From NCBI RefSeq assembly GCF_035084215.1, contig NC_090325.1, positions 127,286,001 to 127,350,000 of the forward strand: DNA of 64,000 nucleotides, given 5' to 3'. The stretch is from Heptranchias perlo. Its lineage: Eukaryota. A program made the position numbers and the translations under genes. Shown piece after piece: positions 46,565-59,466 of the stretch. Positions within the stretch are counted from its first letter, which is position 1. Each line of letters begins with the position of its first letter. The notes under the pieces were generated by a model, which was given only the letters and a program-made list of their open reading frames with translations, was not told where the DNA came from and made no database searches.

Positions 46565-48500
46565 CCAAGGTGCTTTGCAAATAGGTGTAAGGAAATAAAC
46601 ATCAAGCCAGGAAGACAGAGATTAGGAAGGGTGACCTACAGCTTGGTCAAAGAGGTGAGTTTTGGAATATTTTTCAAGTTGAAGAGGTTTAGGGAGGCAG
46701 TTCCACAGAGTAGAACTGAGATGACTTTGTCACCAATGGTAGGAAGGAGGCTGTACATAAAAAGTCAAGAATCAGAAGAGTGGAGTTAGGCAAAGCCATG
46801 GAGGGACTTATAGATGAGGATGAAGATTTTAATTTTAATGTATTGGGGTACGGTAAACCAATGTAGTCAGTGAGGACAGGGTTTATGAGTGAATGGAACG
46901 TAGCACAGGATAGGAAACAACAGCGTTCTGGACAAGTTTTATTTTAAATAGAGAATGGGAGGCCAGTAAGGGTAGCGTTAGTAGGTGGAAAGAGATAATG
47001 GCATTTACCGGGGTTGAGATAGGCAAGCAGTGTTGCAGAGATGGCAGTAGAGGGTCTTATGATATGGAATTTAAAACTCAGCTCAGGGTTGGAAAGAGAC
47101 ACCAAGCTTGCGACCGGTCTGGTTCAGCATGAGAAAGTGACTGGGGAGCAGAGCTTGTGGAGGGTGTGTAGATGATGGTTTCATCATCCCAGTGTTAAGC
47201 TGATGGAAGTTGTGACTCATCCTAGACTTAATGTTGGACAAGGAGTCTGACAGCACAAAAGCAGTCGAGGAGTTCAGAGAAGTGTTGGGACAATAGAGAA
47301 ATATGACCCAGTGCTTGTGGATGATGTCACAAAGGGGCTAAAGAGAGCTATTTGGGGAACTCGGAAGGTGACTATGTACGGGAGGTACATTACAACAGTG
47401 ATTACACTTCAAAAATACTTCATTGGCTGTAAAGTGCTTTGGGGTCCTGAGGTCATGAAAAGCGCTATATAAATGCAAGTCTTTCTTTTTAACAGATGCT
47501 ATTGTTGAAGATGCACTAGCTGCATTATGATAGTAATGAATGGAATCATGCAAGGGCAGTCCTACAGAGTTGGACAGAGGAGAGACAGTAGAGGAGGATG
47601 GCGTGGCCAATTGAACACTGGGAGAATGAGGAGGGATAATGCAATATCGTTAATCACACAGAATGTGGTTTGTGACTTTGGCTTGAGTTGTTTTGGTGCT
47701 GCAAAGGCAATGGAAGTTGGACTGGATGATTTTGAATGGAGTTTCTGGAGAGATGGACTAGGGAACGTGAGGCATTCAAGGAACTTAGAGAAGAAAGGAA
47801 AGTTGGAGATGGAGTGGTAATTGGAAAAGGAAGGATGGATCAAGGATGGATTTTTTTTGAGGAGGGTGTGCTGATGGTGGTTTTGAATGAAAGGGAGCCA
47901 TTTTTGACATCATCTAAGACAGGGGCCAGTTCAAGGAGTTGAGTGATTAGGAGTTGTTTAGGGGGGAGATTGAGATAGCAGGAGGTGGATCTCATGGACG
48001 TCATGAACTTGGAGAGATACTACAAAAAGACAAGTGTTCAGGGCTTGGGTGGGTGGAGGGTGTTTCTTTACATTAAAATGCAATCTTTGAAAAAGAACAT
48101 TTTTAAAGTGTATGAGGAAACAGCAGAGGAATGGGACTAAATGGAGAGCTTTTTTTTAAAAAAGAGAGCCGGCACAATTACAATTGGCCGAATGGCCTCC
48201 TTCTATGCTGTAAAGTCCAATGATTCGAAGTTGCTAAAGCAACAGCACCATCACTGCTTATAGTGTGTTACCCATCTATTGAGAAATCTTCTGTTCAAGT
48301 ACAGCTTTGGTGATATATCTGCCACTGAAGTATGGAGGTAATTTCTACACTAATGTAATTGGGGGCAGCTAGGCTGGGCTGGAAGGAGAGGGGGGTATCC
48401 GCAATAATGGTCTTGATCTTGGAAATTAAGATGTGTGAGCTCCTCACATTTGGTGTTTGAGGTGAGGGTAGAGGAGAAGGGTTTAAGAAGGCTAAGATTT
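46565..48500 (-). mobile_element. Highly degenerate L2-type LINE, with a SINE tail at ~47385-47490 and duplication arm 2 inside
   Basis: ORF 47562..47843 NYHSISNFPFFSKFLE resembles the L2 YRPISNLPFLSKILE motif. Confidence 0.6.
48061..48360 (-). repeat. Inverted duplication, arm 2, inserted into an old L2 remnant
   Basis: Reverse complement of 46261-46562; flanked on both sides by purine-rich L2-like sequence. Confidence 0.95.
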
Positions 48501-49009
48501 TCATATTACGTTGACTCCCCTTTCCTCTGATGTGAGAATCATCTTACAAATCTGCTGAATTCGCACCATTTCTGGCTCTGCCACCTTCATTGAGACATTA
48601 ACAAGGTGGTACTCTGACAGTGGAGTGGTGGCGTGTCTGATCTAGTCTGATATGAGGATATGATGCAACATTCCAGGATCTAATGTGCCTGAATGTCAAG
48701 GTGCACATCAGTGCTGTAGTTAACAGCTCAAGTCTACATGTGTGTACACAGGAGTTTCAGAAGAAGGCAGTTTGTCCAATGCATGCAGCCAGCAAAATTG
48801 AGACTGTTTGAATAATGGTACATAGGAAGTAGGATTGGCACAAGACCAAACCATGCTGGTTTCAAATCAAAAATGGATTTTAAATCCAGGTGACATTTTG
48901 TTCTGTAAACCCAACAGCTGTTATCCATGGTTATTCATGGGAAACTAAACAGCTGGAAAAATCATTGTTATTTCTTTTTATATAAACGCCATCTTGGTTT
49001 AGATGGCAA

Positions 49010-49410
49010 AATTTTCACCTCTGATTCAAAGTCATGGGTTCAAGCTCCATTCGAGAATCTGAATGCATCTGGGCTGAAACTTGATACAGTCCTGAAGGAG
49101 TGCTGAATACCTTTTGGATGAGACATTAAATTGAGGCCCTGTCTGCATGCTGAGGTGGATGTAAAAGATGTCATGGCATTACTTGAAGAGAATCGGGAAG
49201 TCCTCCAGGTATTCTGGCTAAAATTCCTCTTAACCAACACCACCAAAAACAGATTATCTTTCGGTGATCTGATTTGATGTTGGTGGGAATTTTCTGTGCA
49301 TAATTGATTGCTGTGTTTGCCTGCATAAAAATAGCACTTCAAAAGTAAATGGTTGTAAAGCACTTTGAAATATCCTGAGTTATGATCAGTTGCTACATAA
49401 ATTAAAGTTC
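49010..49410 (+). mobile_element. Deu-domain SINE (SacSINE1-like)
   Basis: tRNA-like B-box gggttcaagctcc, core ggatgtaaaagatgtcatggcatt...gaagag, L2-like tail gtaaagcactttg. Confidence 0.65.
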
Positions 49411-51597
49411 TCTCTATTCATTTTAAAAACTTTTTCTTTTATGTTTTTTCTTAACTTTATGGCCCTAGTAATCATCCTTCTAGGGTGTTGGGGATATTGG
49501 TGGCACCATTAGACCTACTTATTGTTGTTTAGGGTGAAGCGATTTTTGCTTTGCATCAATTGTAAACTTGCAGTGTAAATCTGGAGCCAAGGTTCTACCT
49601 GAATCCAGAATAAAGTGGAGCAAGACTCTCTGGAGGGGGCTGTCCCGCTCCGCTTTTCTCTGACATTGTATGAAATACAGTGTGGTGTCAAACCTGGTTA
49701 ACAAAGTGCTCAGGACCCTCTGGGAAATTTTTAAGCCTATCTTACTTCAATTTAAATGTTCATACAACAGGAATACTCCCCTCCTCATTCTCTAAAGAAT
49801 TACTTTTCTAACTCTTGAAAGAGAATTCTCCCTGTGCGCACACAGGACAATTCACGTTCCAGCCAGGCTGAAGAGAAGCATCGTGAACAAAGTTCTCTTT
49901 AGCTGGAATCCAAATTGTAACTACCAGTCCCAAACCAGTAACTGTAATTCAAAAGCACCCTTCCTCCTTAATATCACTCAAATATATCAGGCCTACACAG
50001 AAAATCACAGTGTGTCCTAATCATATGGAGAAACCAACTGGAAAAATACAAGTGTGGTTTCTATTATGTGCTTAGATTTTAGACACAGAAGAAATGGTGT
50101 TCTGTAGGTCACATATCCTTGGTCGAAAACCCATGTGCAAATGAATAATTTCTTATTTGATTATTTCACTCTTTTAACATTAGATGGCATATCAGGGTGC
50201 AACTGGAGACATTTGTGACAATTAGCCCATGTGGTTGCTGAGAGCAGAGGAATTTAGAACAAATTGTACTGGGCTACCGATGTAATGTATGCTCCTGGTG
50301 ATTAGGTCTATTTTAAACTTCCTGCGTAAAATGGACATGGTTCTTTATCGGAGAATTCTGTCTGAAGGGAAGTAGGTTGTGCAGCTGTGCTACTGGTGCT
50401 TTGTTCAGCCTCTCTGAATTGATATAGAACATTGAGGTGCTGCAGCAACAATTAATTTCCCTGGCATAAACGTGGAGGTCTCTCTTAAGTGGCGATGAAT
50501 TGTGGGCCGTTGCAATCAATTTTGTCTGAGAGCCATGCAACATTTTGTACCTGCCTGCATAGCTTTGGACGGGAATAAGAGATGGGTTTCTTTCCAAGAT
50601 TTCTTCAGAGGAATTGACTTAATCTCTTTGGGTTAAAGATTAAAATAATTGTCTGCTTATGGTCTCTTTTCTGCCTGTGATGACTCCGGTAATATTTGCC
50701 TTCCAAATGTAGAGCTAACTATTCTTTAGCAAAGAGGAATATTACTTTTGATAGAACCTCTTCATAGGTATTAGGATAAGACGGACATGCATTAATTAAA
50801 AGCCACTGTTTATCTTTTTAAGAAATTGCATATCCAGTTCAGTGGCCACAAGAAGATAGCTTCTCAATAAGGTCGATGAGCCATCCCCTAACAAAGGTTC
50901 GAGAACTTGAATTTGGTGATAAGCATTGCCAGTACCTCCATTTTTGGTTCATAAAATTGACCAAGTGATGATAGCTGTTAGTGAGATATTGCTACAATTT
51001 CTTATTTAGTGGTTTTTATGAGCTGTGACACATGTCCAGAATAGACATGTTCTTGGTGGTATGACATTTTATTGTTTCTTGTGTATAGGCACAGAGTTCT
51101 AGTTTCTCACTTGTGATGGTATTTTTAATGAAATTGATAATCAGGGAAGTGGCTAGTTCCTCAGGTAAGATTTTGGAATCACAAACACTGACGTAATCAG
51201 GGCCAGTAAGTGTTCTCAGATCAAGAATTTGAAGATGTATTATTTTGTGTCTGATCTTCATTCAGCTGATAGGGTTGCTATCCTTCACTGAGAGTTTGGG
51301 TACCTGAAGCTAGATTTTAGATGACTTTCAAACATTCAAAACTTTTGGAGCTTATTTGAGAATAATGCAGAATAGCGGAGTTAATTTTGGTACCAGTATC
51401 CCTGATAAGTTAATGAAAGGATCTTACATTTTGTCCTTGGCTAGAATGGTGATTGCTGACCCAGTGTATCTTTTCAATTGCCTAATCAAGACATCGATTG
51501 ACAAAATGTGGTAATTGTACTGGAGCCATAATTACAAAGGAATGCAGAGGACAAATAAAAAACTCTTTTGGTCCATCTGTTGGTCCCAAAGTTTAAC

Positions 51598-52820
51598 AAC
51601 ATAAGAAAACATAGGACAGGAAAGGACCAGCTGGTCCATTGAGCCTGTCCTACACCGTCATGGTGTAACTTATGCACGCCATGACCACCCCTTCCCCCCC
51701 CACCCACTCACTCACCAGCTACACAATCCCCTGGGATAGGTTAGGAAAAATGCAAAAAAACATAGGCCCATTAAGGAAAAATTGGGAAATTTCTCTCCGA
51801 CCCCTGAAGGCAATGAACCATGTTCCAGGAGACCACTGTGACTGGGAGATGCGTCCCCCAGTAGCCACCTACCTTCTATACATAGTTACGTTGGCACATA
51901 TTTCAACAAAAACTAACCAGTTCCCTCTTGAATTTGCTGACTCAGTTCACCTCCACTTCCTCAGCTGGTCTGTACCATATATTTATCATCCTCTATATGA
52001 AGTAGTTAAATCTAGACTATTTCTTCTGAACTTGGGTCCACGCACCCTGGTTTGTAGAATTGTGGTTATGTCAAACAATTTATTAGGATTCAATTTGTCT
52101 ATACTCTTCAGAATCTTGAAAACTTTAATAAGGGCTCCTCTAAGCTCCCTTTTCTGTCCCTCCTTAGTCTCTTGTAACGCAGAACTCTAATTGCCTATAG
52201 ATAGCCCTGCTCTGTATCCTCTTCAAAGCTAGGATGTCCCACCTTTATTCTGGTGATCAGAAATATTGGGGGGTCAAGCCAGTGCTCTGCATAAGCTCAT
52301 TATTTCCTCCCAGGACATTGACTGCTTTTGTTGCATTGATGGTTTTATGGTATCCTCAGATCCCTCTCCTATGTTGTGTCCAGTAGTTCACTACCATTCA
52401 CCTTATATTTTCATTGCTTTACTCCTCTTATCCAATATCATCACCTTGCATTTGTTCACATCTGCCAGTCAGCCCAATCTCCCAATTTATCCCGATTTCT
52501 CTGGATTTAGTTTGTTTGTTCCCTATTGCAGCTATATCACGGCCCCTTTGCTTGTTACCACTTCAAAATCGTCCCCATTGCCAAACCATTTATGTATAAT
52601 TTAAGCAGTAGTGGCCCTAGCAGTGACCCTTAAGACATCCCATTAATCACTTTTTTCAGTGATATATGTAAAATTACCCTTTGTTCCTTCTAATTGAAAC
52701 AATTTTCTGATCCATTCCAGAAGATTCTCTCACCCCATTGTGTGCCTTTTAAACCAATCTCCTGTAAGGCATTGTGTACTATTTTGCTAAAAATCTAAAT
52801 GTATAACATATTGAATTCCA
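51598..52820 (-). mobile_element. Old CR1-type LINE fragment
   Basis: aacataagaaaacatagga tail and degenerate RT-like sequence (inverse of GVPQGSVLGP near 52610-52640). Confidence 0.65.
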
Positions 52821-53010
52821 TTTATCCAGCAAGCAGGTATCTAGTTGCGAAGGGATGGGAACCAAGTAGCTGTTATATTTAAATAGTTTCAATAATACAG
52901 TAGCAATGTTGGTTCTGTCATTTAGAATCATACTTAGTACATCTCCCATGGCATTGCTCTTGTTGTATTGAAGGATATGCTGTTTTATAATGGTAGGGAT
53001 GTGACAACTG

Positions 53011-54456
53011 AAGAACATAAGAAATAGGAGTAGGAGTAGGAGTAGGCCATACGGCCCCTCGAGCCCGCTCCGCCATTCAATCAGATCATGGCTGGTCTTC
53101 AACCTCAACTCCACTTTCCTGCCCGATCTCCATATTCCCTTGTTTCCCTTAGAGTCCAAAAATCTATTTATCTCAGCCTTGAATATACTCAACGACTCAG
53201 CATCCAAAGCGCTCTGGGGTAGAGACTTCCAAAGATTCACAGCCCTCCGAGTGAAGAAATTCCTCCTCATCTCAGTCTTAAATGGCCGACCCCTTATCCT
53301 GCGACAATGACCTCTAGTTCTAGACTCTTCAGCCAGAGGAAACAACCTCTCAGCATCTACCCTGTCAAACCCCCTCAGAATCTTATATGTTTCAATGAGA
53401 TCACCTCTCATTCTTCTAAACTCCAGAGTATAGGCACATTCTATTCAACCTCTCCTCATAGGACAACCCTCTCACCTCATTAATCTAGTGAACCTTCGTT
53501 GCACTGCCTCTAAGGCAAGTATATCCTTCCTTAGATAAGGAAACCAAAACTGTATGTAGTACACTAGATGAGGTCTCACCAAAGCCCTGTACAATTGTAG
53601 TAAGACTTCCTTACTCTTGTACTCCAACCCACTTGCAATAAAGGCCAACATGCCATTTGCTTCCTAATTGCCTGCTGTATCTGCATGCTAATTTTTTGTG
53701 TTTCTTGTACGAGGACATCCAAGTCTCTCTGAACACCAACATTTAATAGTTTCTCACCATTTAAAAAATACTCTGATTTTCTATTCTTCCTACCAAAGTG
53801 AGTAACATAACATTTCCCCACATTATACTCCATCTGCCACCTTCTTGCCCACTCACTTAACCTATCTATATCCCTTTCCAGCCTCTTTGTGTCCTCCTCA
53901 CACCTTACTTTCTCTCCAAGCTTTGTACCGTCAGCAAACTTGGATACACTACACTCGGTCACTTCATCCAAGTCTTTAATATAGATTGTAAATAGCTGAG
54001 GCCTAATCCCTGATCCTTGCAGTACCCCACTAGTTACAGCCTGCCGACCTGAAAATGACACATTTATTCCTACACTCTATTTTCTTTCAGCTAACCAATC
54101 CATGCTAATATGTTACGCCCAACCCCATGAGCCCTTATCTTGCTAAACCCCTTAAGTGTCACCTTATCAAATGCCTTTTGAAAATTCAAATATACTACAT
54201 CCACTGTTTCCCCTTTTCTACCTTGCTAGTTATATCTTCAAAAAACTCTAATAAATTTGTCAAACACGATTTCCCTTTCATAAAACCATATTGACTCTGC
54301 GTAATCATATTATGATGTTCTAAGTGCCCTGTTACTACTTCCTTAATAATGGATTCCAGCATTTTCCTGACGACTGATGTCAGGCTAACTGACCTGTAGT
54401 TCCCTCTTTTCTCTCTCCCTCCTTTCTTGAATAGCGGGGTTACATTTGCTACCTTC
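53011..54456 (-). mobile_element. CR1 LINE fragment
   Basis: MRGDLIETYKILRG and FTIYIKDLDE...KFADGTKLG. Confidence 0.9.
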
Positions 54457-55103
54457 TAAACCCCTGGAAGTATGACCAGAAGTGTGTACCACATACAAGA
54501 CTTTTGATATATTACCATTAGATCTTCCATAGTCCTGCTCATAGTTAGCCATTTTTTAACATTATGACATGTAGGACATAGCACTAGAGCCAGTGATGAG
54601 TAAAATTTTATTCTTATTAAAACAGATTTGTACCTGTTTTGGGCATTGAATTTCACAAGTCTGTCCATTATTTGAATAACTGTAAATACCTTCTTTATAT
54701 TCCTTTAACTATGTATTTAATTTTTATATTTTACCATTTTTAAAGCTCAGGTGTAGCAGCTTGAGGTAGGTATCTGGTATTTAGTGGAATAGGGGTGGGG
54801 TTTGGAAGTAAGGTAGGGACAGTTAGACAGGGACAGTTCATGTGGTCTGGCAACAGTGGGGAAGGAGAATTGGAGATTTGTCAGAAGTGGGGGTGGATTG
54901 TGGGATTTTGAAAGTTGGAGAATTCCTGTAGTCTGTCAGCAGTGAGGGGAGGGAGAGGTCATGCGTATGACAGCATGGGGGGGTGGGAGGGGATAAGAGA
55001 GCATGACAGTCATTTGTAAATTTCTAAGAGGTCTCTGCAAACATCAAATTCATTGTTTTGCAATTGGTTCCGCTGTGTGTGTGTCTCGCTTTCTGTCCCT
55101 CTT

Positions 55104-56158
55104 CATAAGACCATAAGAGATAGGAGCAGGAGTAGGCCATTTGGCCCTTCGAGCCTCCTCCACCATTTAATGAGATCATGGCTAATCTGATTTTTACCTC
55201 AACTGCACTTTCCTGCCTTTTCCTCATATCCTTTGACTCCCTTGCTGATCAAAAATTTTTGGGGGTAAAGAATTCCAAAGATTCATGACACTCTGGGAGA
55301 AGAAATTCCTCCTCATATCCATCTTAAACAGGTGACCCCTTATTCTGAGAATATAGTTTTAGATTCCCCTATGAGGAGTAACATCCTCTCAACATCTACC
55401 CTGTCAAGTCCCCTTAGAATCTAATATGTTTCAATAAGATCTCCTCACATTCTTCTAAATTCCAATGAGTATAGACCCAACCTGTTCAATCTTTCCTCAT
55501 CAGACAACCCGGAATCAACCTAGTGAACCTTCTCTGAACTGCCTCCAATGCAAGTATATCCTTCCTTGAATAAGGGCACCAGAACTGTACGCAGTACTCC
55601 AGGTGTGGTCTCACCAGCACCCTGTACAGTTGTATCATGACTTCCCTGCTTTTATACTCCATCCCCCTAAAAATAAAGGCCAATATTCCGTTTGCCTTCC
55701 GGATTACCTGCTGCATCTGTATGTTGACTTTTTGTGTTTCATGTTACCAGGACACCCAGATCCCTCTGTACCACAGCAATTTAATTTAATTTTGTAGTAT
55801 TTCCCCATTCAAATAATACATTGCTTTTTTATTTTTCCTCCCAAAGTGGATGACTTCACATTTTCCTACTTTATATTCCATCTGCAAAATTTTTGCCCAT
55901 TTGCTTAACCTGTCAATATCCCTTTGCAGACACTTTGTGTCCTCGCAACTTGCTTTTCCACCTATCTTTGTATCACCAGCAAATTTGGCCACAAGACACT
56001 CTGTTCCTTCATCCAAGTCATTGATATATATTGTAAATAGTTGAGGTCCCAGCACTGAGCCCTGCAGCACCCCACTAGTTACAGATAGCCATTTTGAAAA
56101 TGACCCTTTTATCCCGACTCTTTGTTTTCTGTTAGTTAGCCAATCCTCTATCCATGCC
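55104..56158 (-). mobile_element. CR1 LINE fragment, same subfamily as 53011
   Basis: QGSVLGPQLFTIYINDLDEG and [13 protein letters not shown]. Confidence 0.9.
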
Positions 56159-56352
56159 AGTATCTCGTTCGCTCTGTTTCTTGCTCTTTTCTCACACCCT
56201 CCCCCATAACTAATCGGATAATTTACATTTTCTAATTAGCAACAAAGCACGGCTGATGCTAATCCAAATCTTTGTCTGAAGCTTTCAAAATTCAATTCAT
56301 TTTAAAAATTATTTTGGGGTAAGTGAACTCAAATGCAATGAGGAAAGACACT

Positions 56353-57010
56353 GGCCCACAAATTCCAGGTGGCCCGCTCTGCCACTAGAAATGCGGCAGG
56401 GCACGACTTAGACTAGCCCTAGAGTTGACCCATCCCAGATCCCAGGAATGCATATCATTTATGTTAAGGTGGAGAGCGCTGGTTGCATTTGCAGCACTCC
56501 TTGGACGAATACCCTACAGGGGGCTGGAAATATCAGAGCAGCACCATCCGGAGGGGAATGGGGTGTCAATGACCTGGCTGCTCCAGCCAAAGAGGTGAAT
56601 TTTTTTTAAATGCCAGTGTATTTGTTGCTATTTCTTATGTTCTTATGGCAGGAAAGTGGAGTTGAGTTTGAAGATCAGCCATGATCTTATTGAACGGTGG
56701 AGCAGGCTCGAGGGGCTGTATGGCCTACTCCATATGGCCTAATCCTGCTCCTATTTCTTATGTTCTTATTTTAGCAAGTACTTGCCACTGGTTGCAAAAA
56801 GAGGCATAACTAGCAGGGTTTCTGCCAGGGGATGTCATTCCTCCAGTTTCAGCTCTTTGATGTCAGGACAGAAGGGGCGCAAATGCAAGAGGGCCCCCGC
56901 CCCACTGGAATTTTGACTCATGGGGAGAAAGCAGCAAACTGATTCATATCCCAAATTCCAGCATTCCCTTGCTTTGATACAGCCATCCCAGGCCCAGGAA
57001 TTTTGGGACT
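56353..57010. mobile_element. Probable non-autonomous TIR element with a nested CR1 tail (56628-56769, +)
   Basis: Imperfect TIR ggcccacaaattccagg / ccaggaattttgggact; the CR1 tail is bracketed by the 19-nt repeat ctatttcttatgttcttat. Confidence 0.5.
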
Positions 57011-57307
57011 GTCTCTGCCTTTTTTTCAGCCTGATGTGCTTTTTGAAGTAAAAAATTAATAGCTTCTATTTATACTAGTTGAAAATCTACTCCAATTGAT
57101 CATCCAGTTTATAGTGAAGTAATTTTCAAATACACCTCATTTGTAATACTGTCATACACGGGCACAATTTGACCTTTCCACTGACAAAAAATAGACAGTT
57201 AATAATTCAAGCGTATAGTAAATACTGCAGCATACAGCCTGTCATAATTGAAGTGAATCTCTGTTCATTCATTACCCTTGCTTTCCCCTGCTTCCACACA
57301 CACTCAT

Positions 57308-58254
57308 GGGACTCAATTTTAAAATCAAATTGCGGGGGGGGGGGGGGGCTGCGAAAATGGCAAAAATCCCGAGCGGGTTCAGAAGCTGGCTCCAACCCGA
57401 CGACTTACGGGATTGCCACAGATGCACCTGTGTGTGTGCGTGCTTCACAAATACAGAAGTCCCGCTATCAATTAAAGCCGGCGGGATGATAGTAAAAGAA
57501 CCAAATGTGCATCATTGAGGTACTTAAGGTACTTTATTTCTGATGTAGTGGATAGTTAAAACGATTTTAAACTTACCTGGGCGGCTTTCTCACTGTTTCT
57601 GATTGATGCCTGGTGAAACCAGGCATGAAGGGCCGTATCAGGCAAAAATAAACTAAATAAATTAAATAAAAAGCCATTGCACAAAGTTTCAAAAAAACAA
57701 AATAAACCTACCTTTCCACCCTGCTCCGATGTCCGATGTCTCCCTCTCCGATGTCCCTCTCAGCCTCCAATTATCCTTCTCCAATGTCCCTCTCAATTCC
57801 CGATGTCTCCCTCTCCGATGTCCCTCTCCCTCTTCCCCCCCCCCCCCCCGATGTCTCTCCCCCTCGATCTCCCCCTCTCCTCCTCCCTGATCTCTCCCCC
57901 CGATCTTCCCCCCCCGACCTTCCCCCTTCCCACCCCGATCTTCCCCCCCCCCCCCCCCCCTCCCGATTTTCAGCACCCTCCACTCTCTGTTCCAGCGCCG
58001 GATGACGTCTCTCTTTCTCTGCTGCCGCCGCCCCCCACCCCCAGCGTTGCAGCTCCTGTCAGCAGCCAGCCTGTCCCTGACTGCCAGGCGCAAAACCCGG
58101 AAACAACTTTAATCACCATCTATTACATCGCGATCGCGTCAGAAACGGTAAGTTTTTTTTTCGGGTTTACCACGCGCACCTTCGCACCCGTGCACCTCTG
58201 CGCCCCCCCCCCCCCCCCCTGCTGCCAACCCGCCACCGTTTCAAAATTAAGCCC
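57308..58254. mobile_element. Harbinger-type non-autonomous element with a C-rich minisatellite core
   Basis: TIR gggactcaattttaaaa / tttcaaaattaagccc; its left subterminal region shares motifs with 60430-60570. Confidence 0.8.
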
Positions 58255-59433
58255 ATAGTTTCTCTTTTTCTTAAAAAAAAAACACACACAATTTAAAACT
58301 TTCCAAAATAAAGTTTTTGAAATGCTCCCTCTTAATATTCTTCAGTTTTAGAAAAAATATTAAACAACAATATTCAACAGATGAACTTAATCACGATATG
58401 AAATATCTAATTTGTAAATTTTAAAATTTAGTTTCAAACCTTATTTTGGCCATTAGATATTCCAGTTACTAAGAAAGAAAATGTTTAAGTGATTTCAGTC
58501 AAAATATTGCCTTAAATGTGCCTGATCAGTGGACTCACAACTAAACTCCCAAGTTTAGACTCCCTTCCTAACTGGTATTTGCATCTAATTTTTCCTGTGA
58601 AGGACAATCTTTCTTGGAAGGAAGGAGGACAGACTGGTGTGTGAGCCCTTTCGCCACTGAAGTGCATTTTCTATTTGGTTTGCCAACTAGTGGCATTGCT
58701 GTATCTCTGGATTACACCATTATGTCTTCACAGCAACATCATAACTTGTTCCATTAATTGCATTGTCATCAGTGAGACCAACCTGATATAAAGTTAATAC
58801 AATGATGACCAAACCATCTGTAATAAGATTAGGTACTAAATCCATGCGTTGTCCATGACTCAATGCATTAATTCAGTTAGTTTGTCCTGTGCTACAAAAC
58901 TTTTTTCAGAAAATTAACATCAATGGCTTAATTCTTCATATCTGCCTACTTAGTTACATTTATGTCTCTATGCTTAGGTGTACTTGGTTATGGCCGTAAG
59001 AAATGGATCTTTATCCCAGCATTCAAAATAAACTAATGTTTAGTGTTTTGCTTTCCAACTCTATCATCCCGTTGTGCCATATGTAATTCCACCCCATTGA
59101 CATCCTCAAATATGTATTTTTATACAGAATTTTGCATTATTTGGCAGCTACTATAACCTTTGTATCTTGTTTGTGTTGCCTTTTTAACTATTCTGGTTTC
59201 TGCTAAGTTAGTTCAGCTTTTTTTTCTTCCCCTCTACTAATTTTGGTGATAAACTATTTTCTACATTTTCTTAGCATTTTATTTTTGCCTTCCACCTGTG
59301 GAACTGTATTTTTGTTTCCAGATATTTTTCCTGCAGCACAAGACAGCTTCTGAAGAAATCCTTTCTTTAAACTGTGACACTTACAATCGTACTATCAAAA
59401 TTATCTTCTTTTTCTTTCTCTTTGATTGGTCAG

Positions 59434-59466
59434 AAAAGGAAGTCCAGTTCGAGTGTTCAGATGATG
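59434..59466 (+). CDS. CAMK2D: CaMKII delta exon 14 (33 nt), deltaB nuclear localisation exon: KRKSSSSVQMM
   Basis: Pyrimidine tract, then ggtcag|AAAAGGAAGTCCAGTTCGAGTGTTCAGATGATG|gtgagg. The VQMM ending is the delta-specific version. Confidence 0.95.

Noticed and set aside
57677-58258. Pro-rich 193-aa ORF and Gly/Arg-rich antisense ORFs
   Set aside because: By-products of the C-rich minisatellite inside a non-autonomous element.
59310-59433. Upstream acceptors at 59321 and 59336 extending the NLS exon
   Set aside because: Both extensions (112 and 97 nt) break the frame, and there is no independent support.
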